NCBI GenBank assembly: GCA_016936665.1
Contig: JAFGXI010000017.1
Location: 20,146 to 84,145 of the forward strand
Direction of reading: 5' to 3'
Length of the DNA stretch: 64,000 nt
From: Bacteroidales bacterium
GTDB taxonomy: Bacteria > Bacteroidota > Bacteroidia > Bacteroidales > JAFGXI01
A program made the position numbers and the translations under genes. Below, one piece after another: positions 11,401 to 18,150 of the stretch; the first letter of the stretch is position 1; every line of letters starts with the position of its first letter. The notes beneath the pieces are model-generated. The model was not told where the DNA came from, ran no database searches, and was given only the letters and a program-made list of their open reading frames with translations.

Positions 11401-14400
11401 TACCATGTATATTATCAACTGATAATTGCGGCGTAGAGCGCCATATCCAATTTTTCTCTAAATTGTATTCATATGTTGTATCTAAAGACATTGAGCCGTC
11501 ATTATCGACGGTGTCTATAGTATATTGCAATGGGAAACAATTGGTTAGGGAAACCAACTGCGACTCTCCCACTAAGAAATTGTACTCATTGTTCACTTTT
11601 ACAGTATCAATCTTATAAACTTCAGGAGGCAAGTTGATTTCATACATCCCTGTATTATCGTTGGTATAGACAACAAGTGTTGTTTTATTACCATCTTCAA
11701 CATCGAGAATATAATCTTGCTCTGTAGTGAAGGTCAGCTTACAAATACCCAAGTTGTTGACTATAGGATTTTCATCCGAGCCCAAAGGCTTAGCTTGTTC
11801 AACAGCTCCCCCGACCACTCTACCAGCCAATTTAACAGTGGTATTGTCAAAGAATTCAATATTATAAATAGGTTCGTTAAAGAAATGATAGGTAAAAGCA
11901 GAATCGCTTTGTTGCAATGGGTAATAAGCCGATACAAAGGTATGTCCTGATTTTTCAACACTGATGTAATGCTCGCCAATCGGAACTTGAATATCGAACT
12001 GACCACTGTTATCGGTCATTACAGCCTGATTGTTGTAGCCTTGAATATAATTACCATCGATTTTAACGTAGGCATTTTTCACGGGCATGTTTGTGTTTTC
12101 GTATGTTAAGCGCCCTGTAGCTCTAAATGAAGACTGATCGGTAAAATCGACATTATTATGTACAGGTTCACTATCGCCGATAAACAAATTGACATCGGTA
12201 GGGTTAAACTCATGCACCCCTAGAAATGGAACCACACTAAAAATATTACCGGAACCGGAATACCTTACCCCTTTAATAACATAATTACCGTTGGCATCGG
12301 TAATGCCAGATGGGTGTAATTGTTCGAAACTAGGGGTTTGATTGGACCAAGTTGCAAATACTTGTTCATTGCCCTGAGGAACGACCAAATGACGTTTATT
12401 AAATTCGCCATCTGTTTTAGAAATATCGTAGGCCGCTGTACCAAAACCTTCGTCTAAACGGTAATATGCAATTAAATGCGCTTCGTTTCCATTGAGGATT
12501 CTAGTATGATCGTTTTCTATTTGAACATCGGATCTAACAGATTGATAAAGGCGAACCTCATCGATGTTACCTTTGTAAAAATTTGAGTATCCATTAGCAG
12601 AACCAACCATCACTTTATTTGCACCCATTAGATTGATATTATCTACATCCATAGCTTGTAAAACCGCCATCGAATTATCCAGAGTTCCATCGTTATGAAA
12701 TTCGCCATTAACATAGAGTTGCATAAGACCTGTTTCCGGATCGAAGTTAACCGCTAAATGCGCCCATTCATCTGCATTTAATACAGAATCGCTTTGTACA
12801 GTAACTAAAGCGGTTGTGCCTTGAATATTGCCCGTCATGATACTTGAATTTATACCACAAACTGGTCGCATATTGCTTAAGCCTAAATAGAAAATTCCTG
12901 AATAAGCCGAAAAGATAATTTTTTTCTCGTTACCGGTCATTGAGGAAGGCTTTACCCATACATCGCAAGAAAATGGTTGGTATATAAGCGAATCGTCAAC
13001 AAATTTGTCAGTACCTAAATAATCTTGAATCCCGTCGAAATATAAACTGTAAGATTGAACGCTTTCTTCTGAGCAGATGCGCACTTCTGCATTTTCTACG
13101 GCATTACCTCCTTGATAGGTTATTTTACCTGCTACTATGCCAGTACTGGTTCTAAAGCCGACTGTTCCTATAGTATCGGAGCGCGTTTCGACTCCGGCAC
13201 AATCGCCAACAGCTTGAATATAATAAATGTACATTTCGTTAGCTTCAGTGCTAATATCTTCATAATAAGTTGCATTAGCATTATTAACAGTAGTTAACAA
13301 AGAAAAAGTTTCGCCATTTTTCTTTCTGTAAATCTCATAATAATCAACATCTCCTAATTTATTTGGATTAGCCGTCCACTCCAAAACTACTTTTTGGTTA
13401 AAATATCCCTTAGAAGCGTCGAAATACGACTTAGTTTCTGCATTTTCGACATAAGTAAATACATTATCAAACTTATTTTCGAGCACTGAGTAATTAGACT
13501 GAAGTGAAGTAGGACCAGCTGCCGTATTACAAGAGTTCCAAGCCTCAATTTTATAATAATATTCATTACACATTAAAGCCGTGCCGTCTTCGTATTCACG
13601 TGCATCTGGACTTATACTATTATCTAACAACTCGAAGCTACCTGCACTACCTTCTTTTCGGTACACTTTAAATTCTGTTGGAGGGCCGCCTGGTCCTGCT
13701 GCCGTATAATCCCAAGTAGCATAGATATTGCCATTTAAGGTATCGGACTGAGCGTTGCTTGGAGCTGCTGTACAAGCTTTATTACCCATACCAGAGGTTG
13801 TAGCGCTCCAGTTTTCGCAACCATCTCCCCCGCCATCAATTTTATACAAAATCTCCTTGCCATAATCATTCACATCTACATCGTAAGTGTAGGATGTTAA
13901 AGAGGAATTAACGTTACTATTTAATGTATACCAAGTGCCATTTACCTGATATTTAATTGTGTAAGCTACCGGCAAGGCATCGGGGGCTACCCACGTCAAC
14001 TCAACTGTACCATCGCAACTGGTGTGGGGCACATCCAAGTTTTGAACCTGTGCATACATTTTAGTAAGAACAGTAATATGTTCTTCTTCTGATTGATAAA
14101 CTGAGCTTGACTCGTTAAGAGGATTATCGTTGTTGTACCATGCATTGGTTACATAATATTCGTATTCTGTAGCAGCTTCAATGTCTTCATCGATATAATA
14201 GTTAGAATTGGTTCTACACAAAAGTGTATAGTTACTCTCTGCAGGAGTCGTTAATCGTTTACGATATACATAAGCGGTACCATGGTCGTCTTTTTCCCAA
14301 TCCAAGCGATTTGTAATACATGTTTTAGAAATTGTTAAGTTATAAACTTTTGGTGGATGGGCTGGATGATATTCATTATAATTTGTATTCATGTTGTATT

Positions 14401-15286
14401 CGACCATACCTATACCCAGAGTCTCATGAGTTGATGAGTTGATGTTATAAGAGTTTGAACTGGTATAATCTCGAAGCATATTAACAATTAACTTATTATG
14501 AAATACATCGTCGATGTCTGTAAAAACGGATGATGCACCAGAAAACGACTCATAGCTATGAAAGGTTTTGTCTTTTACATATGATATTTGAGATTGGTCT
14601 AAAACCATGTCCCAATGTCTGAAACCGGACATATAACCGTAAAACGACTCGTCATGATCTTCGGCAGTGCTACCGCCAAGCCCTTCTCCTAAATATGTGT
14701 ATGTTTGTCTGTCGTAGTTTCCATCAGAACTACTGTAAGAAATAAGATCAAAGCCTGTTTGTGTTTGTTTAAGACTACCATTAACATATAATCGAACCGT
14801 CCCATCTTCATCGGTTGTACTGGGAGAATCGAAAGTAACGCAAACATGATTCCATCTATCTTTCCAATTATTGGTATAATCTGTTTTAGAAAATTCCCAT
14901 ATTAAATCGCTGTTACTACCAGAGTCATTCCCATCAGAAACTCTAATGGCCCAACCCGAAACTGACTTACTTTCAAAAGCCACTAAGAAAGAATTAAAAT
15001 CGTCATCCCATCTTCCATAGCCAAACATAAACTCGTAAGCTTCTGAATTGACATCCCACTGGGGATAAACCCAGAATTCGAGCGTAAAATCTTCGTCCAT
15101 ATACCACTGCATACCCGAACTTTGTTGAGCATTTGAAATTCGAACATAAGAATTACGCTCAAAATCGGTGGCATAGAAAGGACGATCTACGCTTGTATTA
15201 CTCGAAAGACAAGTTTGAGAAAATAAACTTTGAATTGTACTCAACCAAACGATAAGAACAATTGCAGAAAACATTTTTTTGTTCAT
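5486..15286 (-). CDS. giant (3266 aa) T9SS-sorted surface protein with at least five LamG (concanavalin-A-like) domains, FN3-like and carboxypeptidase-regulatory-like domains
   Basis: Single uninterrupted 9.8-kb ORF with signal peptide MNKKMFSAIVLIVWLSTIQSLFSQ. LamG C-terminal signatures recur (IDEVRLYQSVRSDVQI, MHEFRIWNYARTSTEI, IDEFRVWNAARTQSQI). FN3-like segments are present (VELTWVAPD..YTIKYQVNG; FKVYRKEGSAGSFELL; YYEIYRKKNGETFSLL). The T9SS CTD is VYPNPFNHQVTIGM...GVYIVKVNVNGNTEIMQLIKE. Confidence 0.9.
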   Translation of the reverse strand: MNKKMFSAIVLIVWLSTIQSLFSQTCLSSNTSVDRPFYATDFERNSYVRISNAQQSSGMQWYMDEDFTLEFWVYPQWDVNSEAYEFMFGYGRWDDDFNSFLVAFESKSVSGWAIRVSDGNDSGSNSDLIWEFSKTDYTNNWKDRWNHVCVTFDSPSTTDEDGTVRLYVNGSLKQTQTGFDLISYSSSDGNYDRQTYTYLGEGLGGSTAEDHDESFYGYMSGFRHWDMVLDQSQISYVKDKTFHSYESFSGASSVFTDIDDVFHNKLIVNMLRDYTSSNSYNINSSTHETLGIGMVEYNMNTNYNEYHPAHPPKVYNLTISKTCITNRLDWEKDDHGTAYVYRKRLTTPAESNYTLLCRTNSNYYIDEDIEAATEYEYYVTNAWYNNDNPLNESSSVYQSEEEHITVLTKMYAQVQNLDVPHTSCDGTVELTWVAPDALPVAYTIKYQVNGTWYTLNSNVNSSLTSYTYDVDVNDYGKEILYKIDGGGDGCENWSATTSGMGNKACTAAPSNAQSDTLNGNIYATWDYTAAGPGGPPTEFKVYRKEGSAGSFELLDNSISPDAREYEDGTALMCNEYYYKIEAWNSCNTAAGPTSLQSNYSVLENKFDNVFTYVENAETKSYFDASKGYFNQKVVLEWTANPNKLGDVDYYEIYRKKNGETFSLLTTVNNANATYYEDISTEANEMYIYYIQAVGDCAGVETRSDTIGTVGFRTSTGIVAGKITYQGGNAVENAEVRICSEESVQSYSLYFDGIQDYLGTDKFVDDSLIYQPFSCDVWVKPSSMTGNEKKIIFSAYSGIFYLGLSNMRPVCGINSSIMTGNIQGTTALVTVQSDSVLNADEWAHLAVNFDPETGLMQLYVNGEFHNDGTLDNSMAVLQAMDVDNINLMGANKVMVGSANGYSNFYKGNIDEVRLYQSVRSDVQIENDHTRILNGNEAHLIAYYRLDEGFGTAAYDISKTDGEFNKRHLVVPQGNEQVFATWSNQTPSFEQLHPSGITDANGNYVIKGVRYSGSGNIFSVVPFLGVHEFNPTDVNLFIGDSEPVHNNVDFTDQSSFRATGRLTYENTNMPVKNAYVKIDGNYIQGYNNQAVMTDNSGQFDIQVPIGEHYISVEKSGHTFVSAYYPLQQSDSAFTYHFFNEPIYNIEFFDNTTVKLAGRVVGGAVEQAKPLGSDENPIVNNLGICKLTFTTEQDYILDVEDGNKTTLVVYTNDNTGMYEINLPPEVYKIDTVKVNNEYNFLVGESQLVSLTNCFPLQYTIDTVDNDGSMSLDTTYEYNLEKNWIWRSTPQLSVDNIHGTKFLGDEEYIVNAGNDTQDTINIAGMVNDTAYYNFGKPVYSLGQPYQLIVTAFETYTNDETGVVDTVVVSDGELQIINECANNTNQVSLGFNDNGQALYEFFGGYPNLSAPYTKKLEVKLLVGSNYYEWSQSPFYGYVSGNIPTGSNFVTKGPTSIDFVLRDPPGSNSYSYMEAGLEISKTVTTSSSHGQTGNSSLVYQLGTSTTFVTGTPFFSTQTEFEVENNIGVGVEHSHVWGNEFEENVTIEFNQSFSTSEDPAYVGDMGDLFLGHGNNLIYGLSNFINIMDVDEVPVDGETIEDTILIDGTYYTIAKKTGLHMGKEVSTTFIYTQNHIENYLIPNLQMIRNLAYDNNNEYYTLVETDTESSNFLSNNDDNAIWGAQASDDKYDGPSYVFSNPDNDDLIDSVRYYNNQINKWIKVLKNNEKAKVTAVDDPNFPSNISFDAGVVYEASVEIDSLSSENKTFEFTLSPHFMAELGFSVNGFGFTLNLEEGYEYTTANNTVNDTTTSQTIGFVLADGDGGDYFSVDVRKDAEEGYGPIFRTVGGQSSCPYEGAVYTEYYNPGTLLSQATMQIEMPNISVDNNIVAGVPETEAAVFNLAMSNNSETGDDGWYNLYVEPTSNPNGAVVKMDGASISGTPVAVLIPAGQTVYKALTIEKGQQDINEYEDIQVILHSQCQFDPTDDVDDIADTIIISAYFTPTCTSVDFEQIYDNWTANVYNNDTLSFNISDYNINSTEFETIEFQYAIPGGSRTTAMVFYKDETDFLDADEPKTWINGNATMAYSFPLSSLNDGQYQIYLKSNCSDGSEYITDPLNGVIDRVVPTPFGTPQPSDGVLSYGEDISVKFNETINSGDLYSHVDYVDVRGITNGTDLTNNPYLLHDASIHFDGIANNLQVNHINLDHTNFTIEFWAKRDAIDQRSNLVSVGSPSQGGLWIGFDAANHFVVEVDGQTISSSETYTNIGNWAFYSVVYNQGDEETEAGFTLFALSDAGGTPEVFEADVYTSLEGSLSIGYCADDASAFYGNMHEFRIWNYARTSTEIAAQKAQILNGYEQGLYGLWPMNEANGDRAEDIAFGRNAIVNATWQVGRNGHALALNGSNVLDMPAGQMAFSSQSDFTLEFWYKMAMPVSNATLVSNGNFDEEPNINSWNITAGSDGNITITNNGNNVTIAAQNYLDDQWHHFAMSMNRIGYLSVYFDGELVKTQSVANFEGFGASRLVLGARWWNLSMQDYYDQFTTGMIDEFRVWNAARTQSQIKRYMSHNLVGDELGLKAYVPFEDVTIADPSISNETSANFTQDNIGIAGDTLIESAYFTTESPNIKLQLPEVSIPHTYVVNDDEVVITPNIQANLIENQILDISIKRVKDMNNNMMPSTLSWNAFVDKNQVVWNLQDLTIEKFVEEETTVTVDIQNKGGLNENYQILNIPSWMNVSPSSGTLTPLETETIEITILPELNIGSYQTDISLVASMDYNERLGVSVQVNGHAPDWSVDPSNFDLSANVIGQLSVNNTLSTDENDIVACFVGDECRGVSHVTYFEDANIYLTFISAYANTNGETMYFKVYDASTGNVYTRVTPEFTFAADQLYGSVSNPLPINATNYIEQNIQLDAGWNWISFNVYSDEFNDLNTAFSQLNQHENDFVKDQQQFAYVRANGYWFGELDQLKVTSAYKLKVAQAQTLVMSGYRVVPDTIQIPIAAGWNWVGYPLSVQKPIDEALSSLNPQDDDMIKSQHQFAVYSSVLGWVGSLTYMQAGEGYVMYSANGGVLNYDGGLVSRSVSQDPEIFNLPSTEDNMAMIIELQIDNPSAYTLKAYNEAGLCGEAEAQILEDGSVRHFITINANSKEVIRFEAVHHLGSMEANEHMVFFANDRQGTLDEPFELSFNKNGFEGVSNISVYPNPFNHQVTIGMVLEYDQAISYTLYNALGEVVVEMQTLKLPEGYHDVELLKDAVSKLAEGVYIVKVNVNGNTEIMQLIKE

Positions 15287-15467
15287 GACTCGACAAATTT
15301 TAGTTTTTGTGATTTTGGGTTTTCACAATAATTATTCAATTAACTTTTGTAAAGTTAGAACGAAAGTATATATAGTGCTTTAAAAAAGGTAAGACATTCG
15401 ATAGGACATAATCCTAAAGATGTTGTTAAACAGTGTTTAAAAAAAATTCAAAATCAAATAGTTAGCA

Positions 15468-16913
15468 TTACAAACTATTCAAGTACTGAAATAAATCGCT
15501 GTTTTGATCAAGATTAAGTTTCTTTCTTAACCTTTGTCTACGTTTATTAATTGAGCTTAATTGAACATTTAAAATTTGAGCTATTTCCTGAGACTTGAGT
15601 TGCATTTTAAGAAGCGCACAAATCTGCAGATCATTTTCATTTAAGTTAGGATGAGTTGCTTTCAGTTTTGAGTTAAACAGAGGATGGTTTTTTCTAAAAT
15701 TTACAAAAAAGTTATCCCACTTAATACTGGTATCGATATTAGCGTTTATAAGATCTAAAGCCTCTTTTTGCTGATTTTCTTTAAGGTGTTTCTTTATGTT
15801 TTTTAGTAGATCTTTTTGTGCTACCCTGTGGGCAATGGAAGAAGTCAATTCTTTGTCGTTGGAGTCGAGCTGTTTCGATAACAAAGCATTTTCGTATAAA
15901 CTAATCTGATGTTTCTGCTTTAAGTTCTTTCGTTTAACTACAAAAAGCCATGCAAAGGAAAGCAGTACAATCGCTAAAACAATCGTAAGAATCACATAAA
16001 ACCATTTCTCTCTTTCCTCTTGCAATCGCCGATTCTCCACAATTTCAATTTCTTTTTTTTTTGTTTCTAACTCATACTTAGCAGACATTTCGTTGATCTT
16101 CTGATCCATACGATCGTAGAAATATCGTTTTTGGAGAATCCTTGCCTTTGATAAATAGAAATATGCAGAATCGAAAATATTTGCATACTCATAAATATTT
16201 GCTTTCCTTAAGTACAAGCGCATAAGCATATTGTGTTGATTTTGAGATTCCATAAGTGGTAATACATTGTCAACTACTGCTAAACTGGCTTTATAGTGCT
16301 TTTGTTTTAAATACACGCCACTTAAATTTATCGCTACATTGGCAGCATATAAATCCAAATGACTATCCTTGTAAATCGAATATGCTAATTTAAATTTTGC
16401 CTCTGCTTCGGAAAGTAAATTTCGCATGGAGTACACGTATGCAATCTCATTGTAAGAAGAGGCTAGCAAATATTTAAAATTATTTTCCTTAGCCATTTTA
16501 ATACAACGATCGGAATATAAAATTACAGAATCTTTATTATTAGGGAAATCTGCCCATTCGTTATACAAAGCAGCAATACGATTATAAGCTTTGGCTATAT
16601 AAAAAGGCTCTAGCGTTCGTTTAGCAACCAACCCAAGCAACAAATCAATGCCTTTTTGGTATTCTCGCTTTTGACGGTACGCTTCTGCTATTAACAAGGA
16701 CAATGTATCTTTTGAGACTTCGCTAACATTTTTATATTCTAGTAATTTAAACAATTTTTCTAAGGCTAAGTCCGGCATCGATTGATCGAGATGCTCTTGT
16801 ATAAAGAAATAAGTTGAATCGATTGATGGCAAGGACTCTGCTTTAAGCTTATGGATTGAGAACAAAGCTGATAATAAAATAGTCACAAATAAAACAAGCG
16901 TTTTGCCAGTCAT
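15468..16913 (-). CDS. membrane-anchored TPR sensor with a cytoplasmic LuxR/GerE-like HTH (one-component regulator)
   Basis: ORF 15468-16934 starts at TTG; ATG at 16913 gives MTGKTLVLFVTILLSALFS (signal). TPR-like Y/A-rich repeats, one TM segment (WFYVILTIVLAIVLLSFAWLFVV), and a C-terminal HTH NENDLQICALLKMQLKSQEIAQILNVQLSSINKRRQRLRKKLNL. Confidence 0.75.
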   Translation of the reverse strand: MTGKTLVLFVTILLSALFSIHKLKAESLPSIDSTYFFIQEHLDQSMPDLALEKLFKLLEYKNVSEVSKDTLSLLIAEAYRQKREYQKGIDLLLGLVAKRTLEPFYIAKAYNRIAALYNEWADFPNNKDSVILYSDRCIKMAKENNFKYLLASSYNEIAYVYSMRNLLSEAEAKFKLAYSIYKDSHLDLYAANVAINLSGVYLKQKHYKASLAVVDNVLPLMESQNQHNMLMRLYLRKANIYEYANIFDSAYFYLSKARILQKRYFYDRMDQKINEMSAKYELETKKKEIEIVENRRLQEEREKWFYVILTIVLAIVLLSFAWLFVVKRKNLKQKHQISLYENALLSKQLDSNDKELTSSIAHRVAQKDLLKNIKKHLKENQQKEALDLINANIDTSIKWDNFFVNFRKNHPLFNSKLKATHPNLNENDLQICALLKMQLKSQEIAQILNVQLSSINKRRQRLRKKLNLDQNSDLFQYLNSL

Positions 16914-16931
16914 TTTCTTCGATTTGATTTT

Positions 16932-16939
16932 CAAATTTA
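16932..16939 (-). promoter_or_regulatory. candidate -7 box TAAATTTG (Bacteroidota TAnnTTTG consensus) for the 15468-16913 regulator
   Basis: The minus strand reads TAAATTTG about 20 nt upstream of the ATG at 16913. The paralogous regulator has an identical octamer at 50297-50304. Confidence 0.35.
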
Positions 16940-17023
16940 CAAATATCTAAAATATTAGGTTCTATTGTTTTGCTGTTTATTGGATATTGTAGGTCTCAGA
17001 TATAAAGCAAGTATTAACATTTT

Positions 17024-17070
17024 TCACAAAAAAACTGCCTCCAAGTTACAAAAACAACTTTTTGGCAGTT
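17024..17070 (-). terminator. rho-independent terminator after the 326-aa LamG gene
   Basis: Minus strand: AACTGCC..AAGTT..AACTT..GGCAGTT nested hairpin followed by TTTTTTTGTG. Confidence 0.6.
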
Positions 17071-17122
17071 TCACAAGCAAAGTCAAAGCCTTGCTTGATG
17101 ACAGTTTTGTAAATCTATATTA

Positions 17123-18103
17123 TTAATGTTTTACTATGAGTTTCTGAGTAGATTCGCCGATGCGAAGCAAATAAATGCCATTTTTTAAATTCGAAACATT
17201 TAAAATCAAATTTGAAGAACCATTTCGATTGGCCTCTAATAGAACTTGTTTCCCAGCAATATTGAATAATTGCACAGTTGTACCCTCACTCACATTCACA
17301 TACACAGACTTATCAGCAGGAATGGGATAAATCATGCTTTGTTGAACATCTCTTTTATCTATCATAGTATTAATACAATGGTCCGTCCATACTTCGCTAA
17401 TATCTGCGTTATAGAGTAAGGCAGGTTTGTCCGAATTAGATAAATCGGTAGCCCTATCGTTATTTTCTTCATCCATATTCCAATAACCAATTAAGCCTGT
17501 TGTTGAAGGATCGACCGAACTATTCATGTTATTTTGTATGTCGGATTGTGTTCTTGCATAATTCCAATATCGCACCTCGTCTAACTCAGCATCTATCACC
17601 GTAGATAAATTCATTGGCCTCGCTCCCATTAAAAACATGGTAGGATCGCTTGAGATTTCAATATTATTGAAATACTGCTCAATAATCATTTCTCCATTGA
17701 TAAATAAACGATAGGTAGAATCGGCTTCGTCTAATGTATAGGCCATGTGGTACCATACGTTAGTATCTAAGTCAATAGTCGCTTCTGCATTTGAAAAAGC
17801 AGTATTATAAAAACTAATTCTAATCGTATTGGTTGAGTAGTTATACCAGCAAACCCTTGTGCCTTTTTCGGCTGCGATATAAGTAGAAGGGAAAAATGTA
17901 AAAGTGCTTAGAAAAGAATCAATTTTTACCCAATACTCTATTGTAAATGAGCTGGTTTGATAAACAACGACTGTATCGGTTTGTAAATAATCGTCAAGGC
18001 CATCAAACTGTACGGTATTGCACAATATTGTATTATTGTCTTGCTGTGCTTCAACGATTAAAACAGCTGAAAATAGACTTAAAATTAATATATAAGTTTT
18101 CAT
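17123..18103 (-). CDS. LamG-domain T9SS-sorted secreted protein
   Basis: 326 aa with a signal peptide. LamG signatures are FTIEYWVKIDS and LDEVRYWNYARTQSDIQ. The CTD is IYPIPADKSVYVNV...GIYLLRIGESTQKLIVKH. Confidence 0.8.
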   Translation of the reverse strand: MKTYILILSLFSAVLIVEAQQDNNTILCNTVQFDGLDDYLQTDTVVVYQTSSFTIEYWVKIDSFLSTFTFFPSTYIAAEKGTRVCWYNYSTNTIRISFYNTAFSNAEATIDLDTNVWYHMAYTLDEADSTYRLFINGEMIIEQYFNNIEISSDPTMFLMGARPMNLSTVIDAELDEVRYWNYARTQSDIQNNMNSSVDPSTTGLIGYWNMDEENNDRATDLSNSDKPALLYNADISEVWTDHCINTMIDKRDVQQSMIYPIPADKSVYVNVSEGTTVQLFNIAGKQVLLEANRNGSSNLILNVSNLKNGIYLLRIGESTQKLIVKH

Positions 18104-18150
18104 GGTTTTAATATTATAAAGTATGTACTCTATTTTGAAAAGCGCTGATA

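Noticed and set aside
5858-15174. Nine short ORFs (61-96 aa) nested inside or antisense to the giant gene: 5858-6052, 6778-6963, 7859-8101, 9520-9810, 11334-11618, 11717-11950, 11761-12006, 13112-13297 and 14983-15174.
   Set aside because: All lie wholly within one uninterrupted 9.8-kb ORF that has coherent domain content. Their translations are low-complexity with no motifs. They are typical shadow ORFs in AT-rich DNA.
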